Below, piece after piece: positions 27,964 through 36,506 of a stretch of DNA of 64,000 bases (its first letter is position 1; every line of letters begins with the position of its first letter). Made by a program: the position numbers and the translations under genes. Source of the DNA: Acidimicrobiales bacterium. GTDB taxonomy: Bacteria; Actinomycetota; Acidimicrobiia; Acidimicrobiales; DATDAH01. The notes beneath the pieces are model-generated. The model did not search any database, was not told where the DNA came from, and worked only from the letters and a program-made list of their open reading frames with translations. The DNA is taken from positions 4,698 through 68,697 of the forward strand of contig DATDAH010000244.1 of assembly GCA_036525535.1 (NCBI GenBank), written 5' to 3'.

Positions 27964-29361
27964 ATGGCGGAGCGCGAACTGCGGTCGGACCCGCGCATGA
28001 CCGACCTCGAGGCCCTCATGTGGAACCTCGACAAGGACCCCCACCTCACCTCGGTCTTCGCCAACGTCACCGTCCTGGACTGCGCTCCCGACCGGGAGTA
28101 CCTGCGGCGCAAGCTGGGGCGGGCCGTCCAGGACATCCCCCGCCTGCGCCAGCGGGTGGTCCCCGCGTTCGGCCGTCTCGCCCCGCCCACGTGGGAGGAG
28201 GACGAGGCCTTCGACCTCGACTACCACCTGAGCTGGACCGGCCTGCCCAAGCCCGGCGACCAGCGAGCCCTGCTCGAGCTGTCCACCCGGATCCACCAGC
28301 AGCCCTTCGAACGGGGACGGCCGCTGTGGGAGTTCGTCGTCGTCGACGGGCTCTCTGGCGGGAGAGCGGCCATGGTCCAGAAGCTGCACCACACCATCAC
28401 CGACGGGGTGGGCGGCCTCCGCCTGGCCGAGCGCTTCCTCGACCTCGAGCGGTCACCGCTCGAGCCCGACCCCGTCGAGCCCGTCGCCTCTCGGTCCCCC
28501 GCCTTCACCGGCCCCAAGCTGGTCGGCCGGGCGCTGGGCACCGCCGGCCACCTCACCAAGCAGGCCGCCAACACGACCGTTGATGTGGCCAAGGGGGCCG
28601 GCGGCACGCTCGTCCACCCCGATCGGTGGCCGTCGAGGCTCGTCGAGGCGGGCGAGACCGTGCGCTCCGTGGTCCGGCAGGTCGTGGGTACGAGCGAAGC
28701 CCGGTCTCCGCTGTGGACGGAGCGCTCCCTGTGGCGGGAGCTGGTCGTGCTCCGCGTCCCCTTCGACGACGTGAAGGAGGCGGCGACCAAGCACGGCGTG
28801 ACCGTCAACGACCTGTTCGTCACCGCCGCGGCCCGGGCGTCCGGCACCGTTCACCGACGGGTCGGCCAGCCCGTGGAGGAACTGCGCATGGCGATGCCCA
28901 TGAGCACCCGGGACGACAAGTCCGCGGCCGGCAATGCCTTCTCGCTGACCCGGAGCCTGGTGCCCACCGACATCGACGACCCGATCGAGCACCTGCTCGC
29001 CGTCCACGAGGTCCTGGCCGCGACCCGGGGCGAGAAGGCCTTCCAGGTCCTGGACCAGTTGGCTGGGGCCATGAACCTGCTGCCGACGTCAGCTCTCGTG
29101 GCCGCCGCCCGGCACCAGGCGGAGACCGTCGACTTCACGACGTCGAACCTGCGGGGCGCGCCCTTCCCGCTCTTCTTCGGGGGGGCGCAGATCGTGGAGA
29201 ACTATCCGGTCGGGCCGCTGGCCGGGACGGCGTTCAACCTGACGGTGCTCAGCTACGCCGGGGAGCTGCACCTCGGTCTGCTGGCCGACAGCGCGGCGAT
29301 CGCCGACCCGGAGGCGCTGCGGGACGCGTTGGCAGACGCGTTCGAGGACTTGACGACCTGA
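27964..29361 (+). CDS. WS/DGAT family acyltransferase (second paralog)
   Basis: 465 aa with HHTITDGVGG and RPLWEF. It is colinear with the 14585-15982 product. Confidence 0.85.
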   Translation: MAERELRSDPRMTDLEALMWNLDKDPHLTSVFANVTVLDCAPDREYLRRKLGRAVQDIPRLRQRVVPAFGRLAPPTWEEDEAFDLDYHLSWTGLPKPGDQRALLELSTRIHQQPFERGRPLWEFVVVDGLSGGRAAMVQKLHHTITDGVGGLRLAERFLDLERSPLEPDPVEPVASRSPAFTGPKLVGRALGTAGHLTKQAANTTVDVAKGAGGTLVHPDRWPSRLVEAGETVRSVVRQVVGTSEARSPLWTERSLWRELVVLRVPFDDVKEAATKHGVTVNDLFVTAAARASGTVHRRVGQPVEELRMAMPMSTRDDKSAAGNAFSLTRSLVPTDIDDPIEHLLAVHEVLAATRGEKAFQVLDQLAGAMNLLPTSALVAAARHQAETVDFTTSNLRGAPFPLFFGGAQIVENYPVGPLAGTAFNLTVLSYAGELHLGLLADSAAIADPEALRDALADAFEDLTT

Positions 29362-29367
29362 CCCAGG

Positions 29368-29550
29368 TCAGTTCGTGGAGACCAGCTCTTCTGACGGCTT
29401 GGACAGCAGCGTCCGCACGTCGAGGAGGAGATCGGCCACTTCGTTGGTCGACACCAGCTGGCGATCGAGGAGTGTGCCCAGGCCCTGATCGATCAGGGCG
29501 AGCGCCTCGGTGATGCTTTCAGCGTCGTGCTTTTCGGTGGTCTCCGTCAT
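29368..29550 (-). CDS. small hypothetical protein (60 aa)
   Basis: Translation is MTETTEKHDAESITEALALIDQGLGTLLDRQLVSTNEVADLLLDVRTLLSKPSEELVSTN. It looks helical, has a non-shadow composition and carries an internal LVSTN repeat. Confidence 0.4.
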   Translation of the reverse strand: MTETTEKHDAESITEALALIDQGLGTLLDRQLVSTNEVADLLLDVRTLLSKPSEELVSTN

Positions 29551-29605
29551 TACGGAACCATTGTACCCATCCCCCGTGACAGGAGTGGGTCAGTAGCGTG
29601 AACTC

Positions 29606-30592
29606 GTGACCACCGCCACGCCGATCGGCGTCACCTTTGCCGGGTTCATGCCCCTGGGACCGCAGGTCGCCATCGACGTGGCCCGGGAGGCCGAGGGCCT
29701 CGGCTACTCGTCCTTCTGGACCGCGGAGACGACCGGGCCCGAAGCCTTCTCGCTGCTCGGCGTCGCCGCCGGGGTGGCGCCGGGCCTCGACCTCGGCACC
29801 GGCGTGCTGGCCCTGCAGCTCCGCACCCCGATGGTGACGGCCATGGGGGTGGCCACCCTGCAGGCCCTGGTCCCCGACCGCGACGTGCTGCTCGGCATCG
29901 GGATCTCGTCGCCGGTCGTGACCGAGCAGTGGCACGGCGTCCCGTACGGCGACCGGCCGCTCGACCGGGTGCGGGAGTACGTCGCGCTCGTGCGGGAATG
30001 CCTCAGCGGCGAGTCGGTCACCTTCCAAGGCGACTTCCACGAGGTCCGTCGCTTCCGGCTCGGCATCCGCCAGGGCGAGCGGCAGCCGAAGATCGTCATC
30101 GGCGCCCTCAACTCCGGGATGCTGCGGCTGGCGGGCGAGATCGCCGACGGCGTGCTCCTGAACTACCTGCCGGCCAGCCACGTACCTTGGACGGTCGAGC
30201 AGGTACGCAAGGGGGGCGACGCCGAGGTCTACGCCTACATCCACCTCGGCGTGGCCGACCGGGATGCCGCCGCCGAGAACGCCCGGAAGGACCTCTTCTC
30301 CTACGCCGTGGTCGACGCCTACGCCAGGAGCTTCGAGCGGGCCGGCTTCGCCGACGAGGTGGCCGACATCCGCGAACGCCACGCCGCCAAGGACCGAGAG
30401 GGTGCGCTGGCCGCGGTGTCGGACCGCATGGTCGACGCCATCGACGTCGTCGGCGACGCCGCCCACGTCCAGGCCACGATCAAGGACTACGTCGCCGCCG
30501 GCGTCGACCACCCCATCGTCATGCCCCTGCCGTGGGGCTCGGACCGCCGCCAGGTCATCACCGACACCCTCCGAGCCGCCATCCGCCGCTGA
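29606..30592 (+). CDS. LLM class oxidoreductase, probably F420-dependent
   Basis: 328 aa with GLGYSSFWTAETTGPEAFS and LLGIGISSPVVTEQWHGVPY. Confidence 0.8.
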   Translation: MTTATPIGVTFAGFMPLGPQVAIDVAREAEGLGYSSFWTAETTGPEAFSLLGVAAGVAPGLDLGTGVLALQLRTPMVTAMGVATLQALVPDRDVLLGIGISSPVVTEQWHGVPYGDRPLDRVREYVALVRECLSGESVTFQGDFHEVRRFRLGIRQGERQPKIVIGALNSGMLRLAGEIADGVLLNYLPASHVPWTVEQVRKGGDAEVYAYIHLGVADRDAAAENARKDLFSYAVVDAYARSFERAGFADEVADIRERHAAKDREGALAAVSDRMVDAIDVVGDAAHVQATIKDYVAAGVDHPIVMPLPWGSDRRQVITDTLRAAIRR

Positions 30593-30646
30593 CCGTTCTG
30601 GCCCCTCATCTACCGGCCAGAGGGAGAGGATCGGAGGCCAGAACGG
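30593..30646. terminator. bidirectional hairpin region between convergent genes
   Basis: CCGTTCTGGCC (30593-30603) is the perfect reverse complement of GGCCAGAACGG (30636-30646). An inner alternative pairs TCTGGCC (30597-30603) with GGCCAGA (30615-30621). No U-tract is present. Confidence 0.5.
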
Positions 30647-30652
30647 GCGTGG

Positions 30653-31597
30653 TCAGGGGTCGAGCTCGGGGACGACCAACCCTTCCGGGAGTTGGCCGCC
30701 GGCGGCGATCCAGTCCATGACCACCTGGGGGGCCTCGTCGGGGTTGTAGCAGTCCTCTTCGTAGGACCACTGGTCGTCGCCGGCGTAGTGGAGGACGACG
30801 CAGGCGGGGAACTCGTAGGTCGTGTCGCCGCCGGTGGGGTCGGGCAGGCGGTTGCCGGCGACGAAGACCACCCGGTTGCCGTCGATGCCGTACCAGTGGG
30901 TCGGGAAGTCCATCTCGGGGAAGGGCTGCATGACCCCGACGATCCAGTCCTTGATCTCCGCCCGGCCGTTGAAGCGACCGTAGTGGTGCTCGTAGTAGCG
31001 GGCGTCCTCGACGAACTGCTTGGACCAGGTCTCCCAGTCGCCGGTCTCCACCGCCTGACGGCCCCGCTCGACGTAGCGCTGGAAGGCGGCCTCGACCTCG
31101 CTGTGCTCGTGCTCGGGCGGGCGGGGCAGGGGCGCCCAGTCCTCGGGGGCGACGAGCTCGTCGTTCTCCGACGTCTCCTTGGAGCCCCCGGCCCGGTACC
31201 AGTTGCCGACCGCCCGGTTGGCGTCGGCCGGGTTGTAGAAGTCCTCTTCGCGGGACCACGTCCCGTCACCGGCGTAGTCGATGAGGCTGATGTTGGGGAA
31301 GGAGTAGAAGGCGTCGCCGCCGGCCGGGTCAGGCAGGTGGTTCCAGATGTAGAACGCCACCCGGTCGCCCTCGATCACGTGCCAGTCCACCGAGAAGGTC
31401 ATGTTCGGGAACGGCGCCATGGCGTCCACGATCCAGTCGTGGATCGCCGGCTGGCCGTGGAAGACCCCCAGGTTGTGCTCGATGTACTGGGCGTCGTCGG
31501 TGAACAGCGCGGCCCAGGCCGGCCAGTCCCGGTTCTCGACCCCTCGACGGATGAACTCGGCGAACGCTTCCTCGACTTCTTCCCGCGGGTGTGCCAT
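30653..31597 (-). CDS. tandem NTF2-like (SnoaL-type) domain protein
   Basis: 314 aa from MAHPREEVEEAF. The two halves are colinear: AFAEFIRRGVENRDWPAWAALFTDDAQYIEH... aligns with AFQRYVERGRQAVETGDWETWSKQFVEDARYYEH.... Confidence 0.7.
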   Translation of the reverse strand: MAHPREEVEEAFAEFIRRGVENRDWPAWAALFTDDAQYIEHNLGVFHGQPAIHDWIVDAMAPFPNMTFSVDWHVIEGDRVAFYIWNHLPDPAGGDAFYSFPNISLIDYAGDGTWSREEDFYNPADANRAVGNWYRAGGSKETSENDELVAPEDWAPLPRPPEHEHSEVEAAFQRYVERGRQAVETGDWETWSKQFVEDARYYEHHYGRFNGRAEIKDWIVGVMQPFPEMDFPTHWYGIDGNRVVFVAGNRLPDPTGGDTTYEFPACVVLHYAGDDQWSYEEDCYNPDEAPQVVMDWIAAGGQLPEGLVVPELDP

Positions 31598-31640
31598 GCG
31601 CGGCGAAGGTAATGCACGCTGAGCCGTACGCTCTCCGCCC

Positions 31641-32426
31641 GTGCAGCTGGTCGGGAAGGTCGTGGTCATCACGGGCGGTGGCAACGGCATCGGGGCGGCG
31701 ATGGCCCGACGCTTCGCCGAGGAGGGTCCGGCGGCCGTGGTGGTGGCGGACATCGACGGTGACGCGGCCGCCGCGGTGGCCGACGAGATCGGCGGCCGGC
31801 CCGTCACCGTCGACGTGGCCGACGAGGCCCAGGTGCAGGAGCTGGTCGCCTCGACCCTGCGGGACCACGGCCGGATCGACCTGTTCTGTGCCAATGCCGG
31901 CGTGGGCGCCTTCGGCGGGGTCGAGGTCCCCGACGAGGCCTGGCAGCGCTCCTGGGCCGTCAACGTCATGGCCCACGTCTACGCCGCCCGGGCCCTGCTC
32001 CCGGACTGGCTGGAGCGGGACGAGGGCTACCTCCTCCACACCGCGTCGGCCGCCGGCCTCCTGACCAACATCGGCGCCGCGCCCTACTCGGTGTCCAAGC
32101 ACGCCGTGGTGGGACTGGCCGAATGGCTGTCCATGACCCACGGCGGCGGTGGGGTGCGCTTCTCCTGCCTGTGCCCCATGGGCGTGCGCACCAACATGGT
32201 CGCCGGGGGCAAGGACGTCGCGGCCGGAGCGGTGGTCATCAACCAGGGCCTGATCGAGCCCGAGGAGTGTGCCGAGGCGGCCGTGGACGGCCTGGCCAAT
32301 GAGCGCTTCCTGATCCTGCCCCACCCCGAGGTGGCCGAGTTCGTGCTCCGCAAGGCGACCGACCACGACCGCTGGTTGGCCGGGATGCGCCGACTGCAGG
32401 CGACCATCGAGGGAGGCCTGTCGTGA
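31641..32426 (+). CDS. SDR family oxidoreductase
   Basis: 261 aa with ITGGGNGIG and YSVSKHA (YxxxK). Confidence 0.8.
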   Translation: MQLVGKVVVITGGGNGIGAAMARRFAEEGPAAVVVADIDGDAAAAVADEIGGRPVTVDVADEAQVQELVASTLRDHGRIDLFCANAGVGAFGGVEVPDEAWQRSWAVNVMAHVYAARALLPDWLERDEGYLLHTASAAGLLTNIGAAPYSVSKHAVVGLAEWLSMTHGGGGVRFSCLCPMGVRTNMVAGGKDVAAGAVVINQGLIEPEECAEAAVDGLANERFLILPHPEVAEFVLRKATDHDRWLAGMRRLQATIEGGLS

Positions 32427-34360
32427 GGCAGGCCAAGAAGCTCTTGGGCGTCCTGTTCCCGCTTTTGCTCATCGGCGGTTTCGCGATCATCGGTGCCCTC
32501 TCGGGCGACGTCGACGACGGCTCCGGCTCCGACAAGTCGTTCGACCTCGAGTCGATCGACGTGAACAGCGCGCTGCGCCGTGACGGTGTCCTCCTCGTGC
32601 GCGAGGAGGTGACCTACGACTTCGACGGCACGTTCAACGTCGGCACCCGCGACTTCGACGCCGGGCCCTGGGCCATCACCGACATCCGGGCCTACGAGGA
32701 CGACCAGCCGTTGGACACCATCACCAACACGCCCACCCTGTTCGAGTGGGACATCTCCGCCGCCTCGGGCACCCACACCTACGAGCTGCGCTACGAGGTC
32801 CGCGACGCCGTCATCGCCTGGCCCGATGTGGTCGAGCTGAACTGGCAGTGGGTGGGCCGCGACGTGCCCGTCGGCGTGGACCACCACGAGGTGACGCTGC
32901 GCGTCCCCGGCGACGGCGAGGGCGTCCGGGCCTGGGCCCATGGCCCCCTCAACGGCACCATCGACGTCGACGGTCGCGTCGTGCACACCGACATCGACGA
33001 CCTCGCCTCGTACACCTTCCTCGAGACCCGGGTCATCGCCCCCCGCAGCCGTTTCGCGGAAGGGCTGCCCGAGGGTCGGGTGGGTGCCACCGAGCCTGGC
33101 GACTACGACACCTCCTGTGACCTCTACCGCCAGGCCCTGGAGACCGACGGTTCGCTGACCGCTCGCGAGATCCGCCGCCTGGTGGCCGACTACCCGCCCT
33201 GCGCCGACCTCCCGCCGGTCGAAACGGCACCGCAGCAGGAGCGGATCGTCGCTGAGGAGACGGCCCTGGCCGAGGAGGCCAATCGGGCCCGGGCCGAGTT
33301 CGAAGCGGAGCAACAGGAGAAGGAGGACCGGCGGCGGTCGCTGACCCTTGCCGCACCGTTCCTGATCGGCGGCGTCCTCTTGCTGGCCTGGGTGGTCTGG
33401 CGCAAGTGGGGCAAGGAGCCGGACCTGACCGCCGAGATCGACTACTGGCGGGAGGTCCCCGACGACCCACCGGCGGTGGCCATCGCCCTGCAGGACTGGG
33501 GCTACGTCGACACCGACGCCTTCTCCGCGACCGTCGTCGACCTCGCCCAGCGGGGCTACCTCACGATCGAGGAGACCAACCGGGACCACAGGTTCATCGC
33601 CACCGACAAGTCCCGCGACGGCCTGATCGAGTTCGAGCGGATGACCATGACCCGGCTCTTCGAGAACGGCGACGAGTCGAGCCAGAAGCAGCTCACGAGC
33701 TGGGCCAAAGCGCACCGGACCGACGCCGCCTCCTGGCTGAGCTCGTTCACGAACGCCGTGCAGAGGACCTACCGGGCCAAGGGCTACCAGGTGCGGGGCC
33801 AAGCCACGGGCTGGATCCTCTACGGGTTGCTCATCGGTGGGCTCGGCCTCTTCGCCGCCGCCGCCCTCGCCAACGAAGCCTTCGCCGCCGGCGGTGCCGC
33901 CATCGGCGCGGCGGTCGTCCTGTTGGCCTGCATGGTGCTGCTCCGGCGGCGGACGGTGGCGGGGGCCCAGCGCTACGCCGAGTGGAACGGCCTCAAGAAG
34001 TTCTTGAAGGACTTCTCCCAGCTCCAGGACGCCCCGTCAGGGCACATGGCGCTCTACGAGCGCTACCTCGTCGCCGCCGTCACCCTCGGCGTGGCCGACG
34101 AGCTGGTCGATGCCCTGCGGGTCCGCATCCCGGAGATCGCGAACGATCCGACGTTCGCCACCTGGTACGTCGGCAGTCGCACGGCGACCGGTTTCGGCTC
34201 GTTCAGCTCCCTGGGGGACTTCAGCTCCGGCCTGTCGGCCGCGACGGCGTCCTCCTTCCGACCCCCGTCCTCCTCCGGCTCGTCCGGCGGCGGCGGGGGC
34301 GGCGGGTTCTCCGGTGGCGGCGGTGGGGGTGGCGGCGGTGGCGGCTTCGGCGCCCGCTGA
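32423..34360 (+). CDS. DUF2207-like membrane protein with Gly-rich C-terminus
   Basis: 645 aa with a signal/anchor and an N-terminal beta-rich domain (LLVREEVTYDFDGTFNVGTRDF). It has several TM spans and a C-terminal SSGSSGGGGGGGFSGGGGGGGGGGGFGAR tail. A GTGA overlap links it to the upstream SDR. Confidence 0.7.
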   Translation: MRQAKKLLGVLFPLLLIGGFAIIGALSGDVDDGSGSDKSFDLESIDVNSALRRDGVLLVREEVTYDFDGTFNVGTRDFDAGPWAITDIRAYEDDQPLDTITNTPTLFEWDISAASGTHTYELRYEVRDAVIAWPDVVELNWQWVGRDVPVGVDHHEVTLRVPGDGEGVRAWAHGPLNGTIDVDGRVVHTDIDDLASYTFLETRVIAPRSRFAEGLPEGRVGATEPGDYDTSCDLYRQALETDGSLTAREIRRLVADYPPCADLPPVETAPQQERIVAEETALAEEANRARAEFEAEQQEKEDRRRSLTLAAPFLIGGVLLLAWVVWRKWGKEPDLTAEIDYWREVPDDPPAVAIALQDWGYVDTDAFSATVVDLAQRGYLTIEETNRDHRFIATDKSRDGLIEFERMTMTRLFENGDESSQKQLTSWAKAHRTDAASWLSSFTNAVQRTYRAKGYQVRGQATGWILYGLLIGGLGLFAAAALANEAFAAGGAAIGAAVVLLACMVLLRRRTVAGAQRYAEWNGLKKFLKDFSQLQDAPSGHMALYERYLVAAVTLGVADELVDALRVRIPEIANDPTFATWYVGSRTATGFGSFSSLGDFSSGLSAATASSFRPPSSSGSSGGGGGGGFSGGGGGGGGGGGFGAR

Positions 34361-34402
34361 CCCGGGCGGCCCAGGAACCTTCGGCAGGGATCGACGTCGA
34401 CG

Positions 34403-35506
34403 GTGACTGGCGCCGAAGGATCGGGGGATGTCGGTGACCCGACCCTCGCGGTCTACGAGGCGCGGGCTGCGGACTGGGCCGCGGAACACACGGCCGCACA
34501 CCCGAAGCGCGCCTCGGCGCTGGCGGCCCGCTCAGGTGACGGCCCGGTCGTCGACCTCGGTTGCGGCCCCGGCTGGCACCTGCCGCACCTCGGGCCGGAC
34601 GCCATCGCCCTCGACGGGGCCCGGGCGATGCTCGACCTCGTCCCCGGTTACGCGCCGGTCCCGCGGGTCCAGGCCCGGCTGGAGGCCCTCCCGCTCCGCC
34701 GGGGCGCCTTGGGCGGGGCGTGGGCAGCCAAGTCCTATGTCCACCTCGGCCGGTCCGACGTCCCGCTGGCGCTCGCCGACCTCCACCGGGCCTTGGCCGT
34801 CGGGGCGCCGGCCGACCTGACCCTCTTCGGCGGTGACGTCGACGCGCACGCCTTCGCCGACGACCCGTTCGCCGGACGCCGCTTCTCGGGCTGGCCCGAG
34901 ACGATGCTGCGCGATGTGCTCGTCGGGGGTGGGTTCACGGTCGATGACGTGGAGGTCGAGCCCCGCTCCGACGGCATCCCCTACCTGCTCGCCTCCGTAC
35001 GCCGGGCGCGGACGCTGCCCGACACGGTCGGAGCGGGCATGCGCCTGCTGGTGTGCGGTCTGAACCCGAGCGTCTACTCCGCGGACGTGGGGACGGGCTT
35101 CGCCCGACCGGGCAACCGCTACTGGCCGGCCGCCCTCGCCGCCGGCCTGGTCAGCCGCGACCGGGACGCCCGCCACGCCCTCGTCGCCCACGGGATCGGC
35201 ATGACGGACCTGGTCAAGCGGGCCACACCCCGGGCCGACGCCCTGACCACCGACGAGTACCGCGCCGGCGCCGAGCGGGTCGAGCGGCTGGTCCGGTGGC
35301 TCCAGCCCGGCGCGGTGGTCATGGTCGGCCTCGCCGGTTGGCGGGCCGCCGTCGACCGTAAGGCCGTGGCCGGGATCCAGTCCGAGCCCTTCGGCAACCG
35401 GCCGGTCTACGTCATGCCCAGCACCAGCGGCCTGAACGCCTCCAGCCGCCTCGACGACCTGACCGACCACCTCCGTCAGTCCGCCGCCCTCGCCGATCAG
35501 GCGTAG
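34403..35506 (+). CDS. fusion protein: class I SAM-methyltransferase-like domain + G/U mismatch-specific DNA glycosylase (Mug/TDG, UDG family 2)
   Basis: The N-terminal half has VVDLGCGPGWH and ...AAKSYVHL. The C-terminal half has LLVCGLNPSVYSADVGTGFARPGNRYWPAALAAG...MPSTSGLNA, which is colinear with E. coli Mug. Confidence 0.75.
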   Translation: MTGAEGSGDVGDPTLAVYEARAADWAAEHTAAHPKRASALAARSGDGPVVDLGCGPGWHLPHLGPDAIALDGARAMLDLVPGYAPVPRVQARLEALPLRRGALGGAWAAKSYVHLGRSDVPLALADLHRALAVGAPADLTLFGGDVDAHAFADDPFAGRRFSGWPETMLRDVLVGGGFTVDDVEVEPRSDGIPYLLASVRRARTLPDTVGAGMRLLVCGLNPSVYSADVGTGFARPGNRYWPAALAAGLVSRDRDARHALVAHGIGMTDLVKRATPRADALTTDEYRAGAERVERLVRWLQPGAVVMVGLAGWRAAVDRKAVAGIQSEPFGNRPVYVMPSTSGLNASSRLDDLTDHLRQSAALADQA

Positions 35507-35515
35507 GTTCTGGCC
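35507..35515 (+). repeat. stop-proximal GTTCTGGCC motif copy
   Basis: It fills the entire 9-nt spacer between TAG (35504-35506) and the next ATG (35516). Confidence 0.5.
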
Positions 35516-36502
35516 ATGCCGCTGCGCCTGGAGCCCGTCGACGAGTACCTGCACGAACTGGGCCCGGAGACCACGTTCAACGAGTCGATGTACTTCAACG
35601 TGTACGACCCGGCCGAGCAGGTCGGCGGGTTCGTGCGCCTCGGGAACCGGGCCAACGAGGGTTATGCCGAGATGACGACCTGCCTCTATCTGCCTGACGG
35701 CCGGGTCGGCTTCATGTACCACCGGCCCGAGATCAGCGACAACAAGGCCTTCACCGCGGGGGGCATGTCCTTCGAAGTGGTCGAGCCGTTCGAGGAGCTG
35801 CGGGTCGGCTACGAGGGCAAGGTCGTCATGCTCGAGGATCCCCTCGAGATGGCCGACCCCCGCAAGGCGTTCACGGAGAACCCCTACGAGCAGGCCAAGG
35901 TCGAGCTGACCTACACCCGGGTCAGCGATCCCATCGGGGGTGAGCCCACCGAGAACCACGAGCGGGAGGGCGAGGAGTTCGCCAAGGGCCACTACGAGCA
36001 GCTCAACGCCGCCACCGGCACCATCAGCGTGGGTGATCAGGAATGGGCCGTCTCCGGGCACGGCCTGCGGGACCACTCCTGGGGCCCCCGCACGTGGCAG
36101 GCCCCGTGGTACTACCGCTGGCTGACCGCCAACTTCGGCGATGACTTCGGGTTCATGGGCTCCCGCATCGCCCGCCCCGACCGGGAAGGCATGCGGGGTG
36201 GGTTCATCTGGGACGGCGAGCGCATCGTCGGCTGCCACCACCTCGAGATCAGCACCGACTGGACCGAGGCCGGGACCTACCACCGGGCCATCGAAGCCAC
36301 CCTGCACCACGCCGAGGGGGCTTTGAAGGTCAAGGGCAAGGTGCTGAACCTGATCCCGCTGCGCAACCGCCGCGACGGCAGGGTCACCCGCATCTCCGAG
36401 GGCCTCACCGAGTGGACCCTGGAGGACGGTCGGGTGGGCTACGGCCTGTCCGAGTACCTCGACCAGATCATCGACGACCAGCCCGTCGGCCTCGCCGAGT
36501 AG
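35516..36502 (+). CDS. conserved-looking hypothetical protein (beta-rich, family not assigned)
   Basis: 328 aa with NESMYFNVYDP, GHGLRDHSWGPRTWQAPWYYRW and good codon bias. I cannot name the family with confidence. Confidence 0.6.
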   Translation: MPLRLEPVDEYLHELGPETTFNESMYFNVYDPAEQVGGFVRLGNRANEGYAEMTTCLYLPDGRVGFMYHRPEISDNKAFTAGGMSFEVVEPFEELRVGYEGKVVMLEDPLEMADPRKAFTENPYEQAKVELTYTRVSDPIGGEPTENHEREGEEFAKGHYEQLNAATGTISVGDQEWAVSGHGLRDHSWGPRTWQAPWYYRWLTANFGDDFGFMGSRIARPDREGMRGGFIWDGERIVGCHHLEISTDWTEAGTYHRAIEATLHHAEGALKVKGKVLNLIPLRNRRDGRVTRISEGLTEWTLEDGRVGYGLSEYLDQIIDDQPVGLAE

Positions 36503-36506
36503 CCGG

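Noticed and set aside
34271-34360. GGC/GGT-rich low-complexity tract.
   Set aside because: It encodes the Gly-rich C-terminal tail of the DUF2207-like protein. It is not an independent repeat element.
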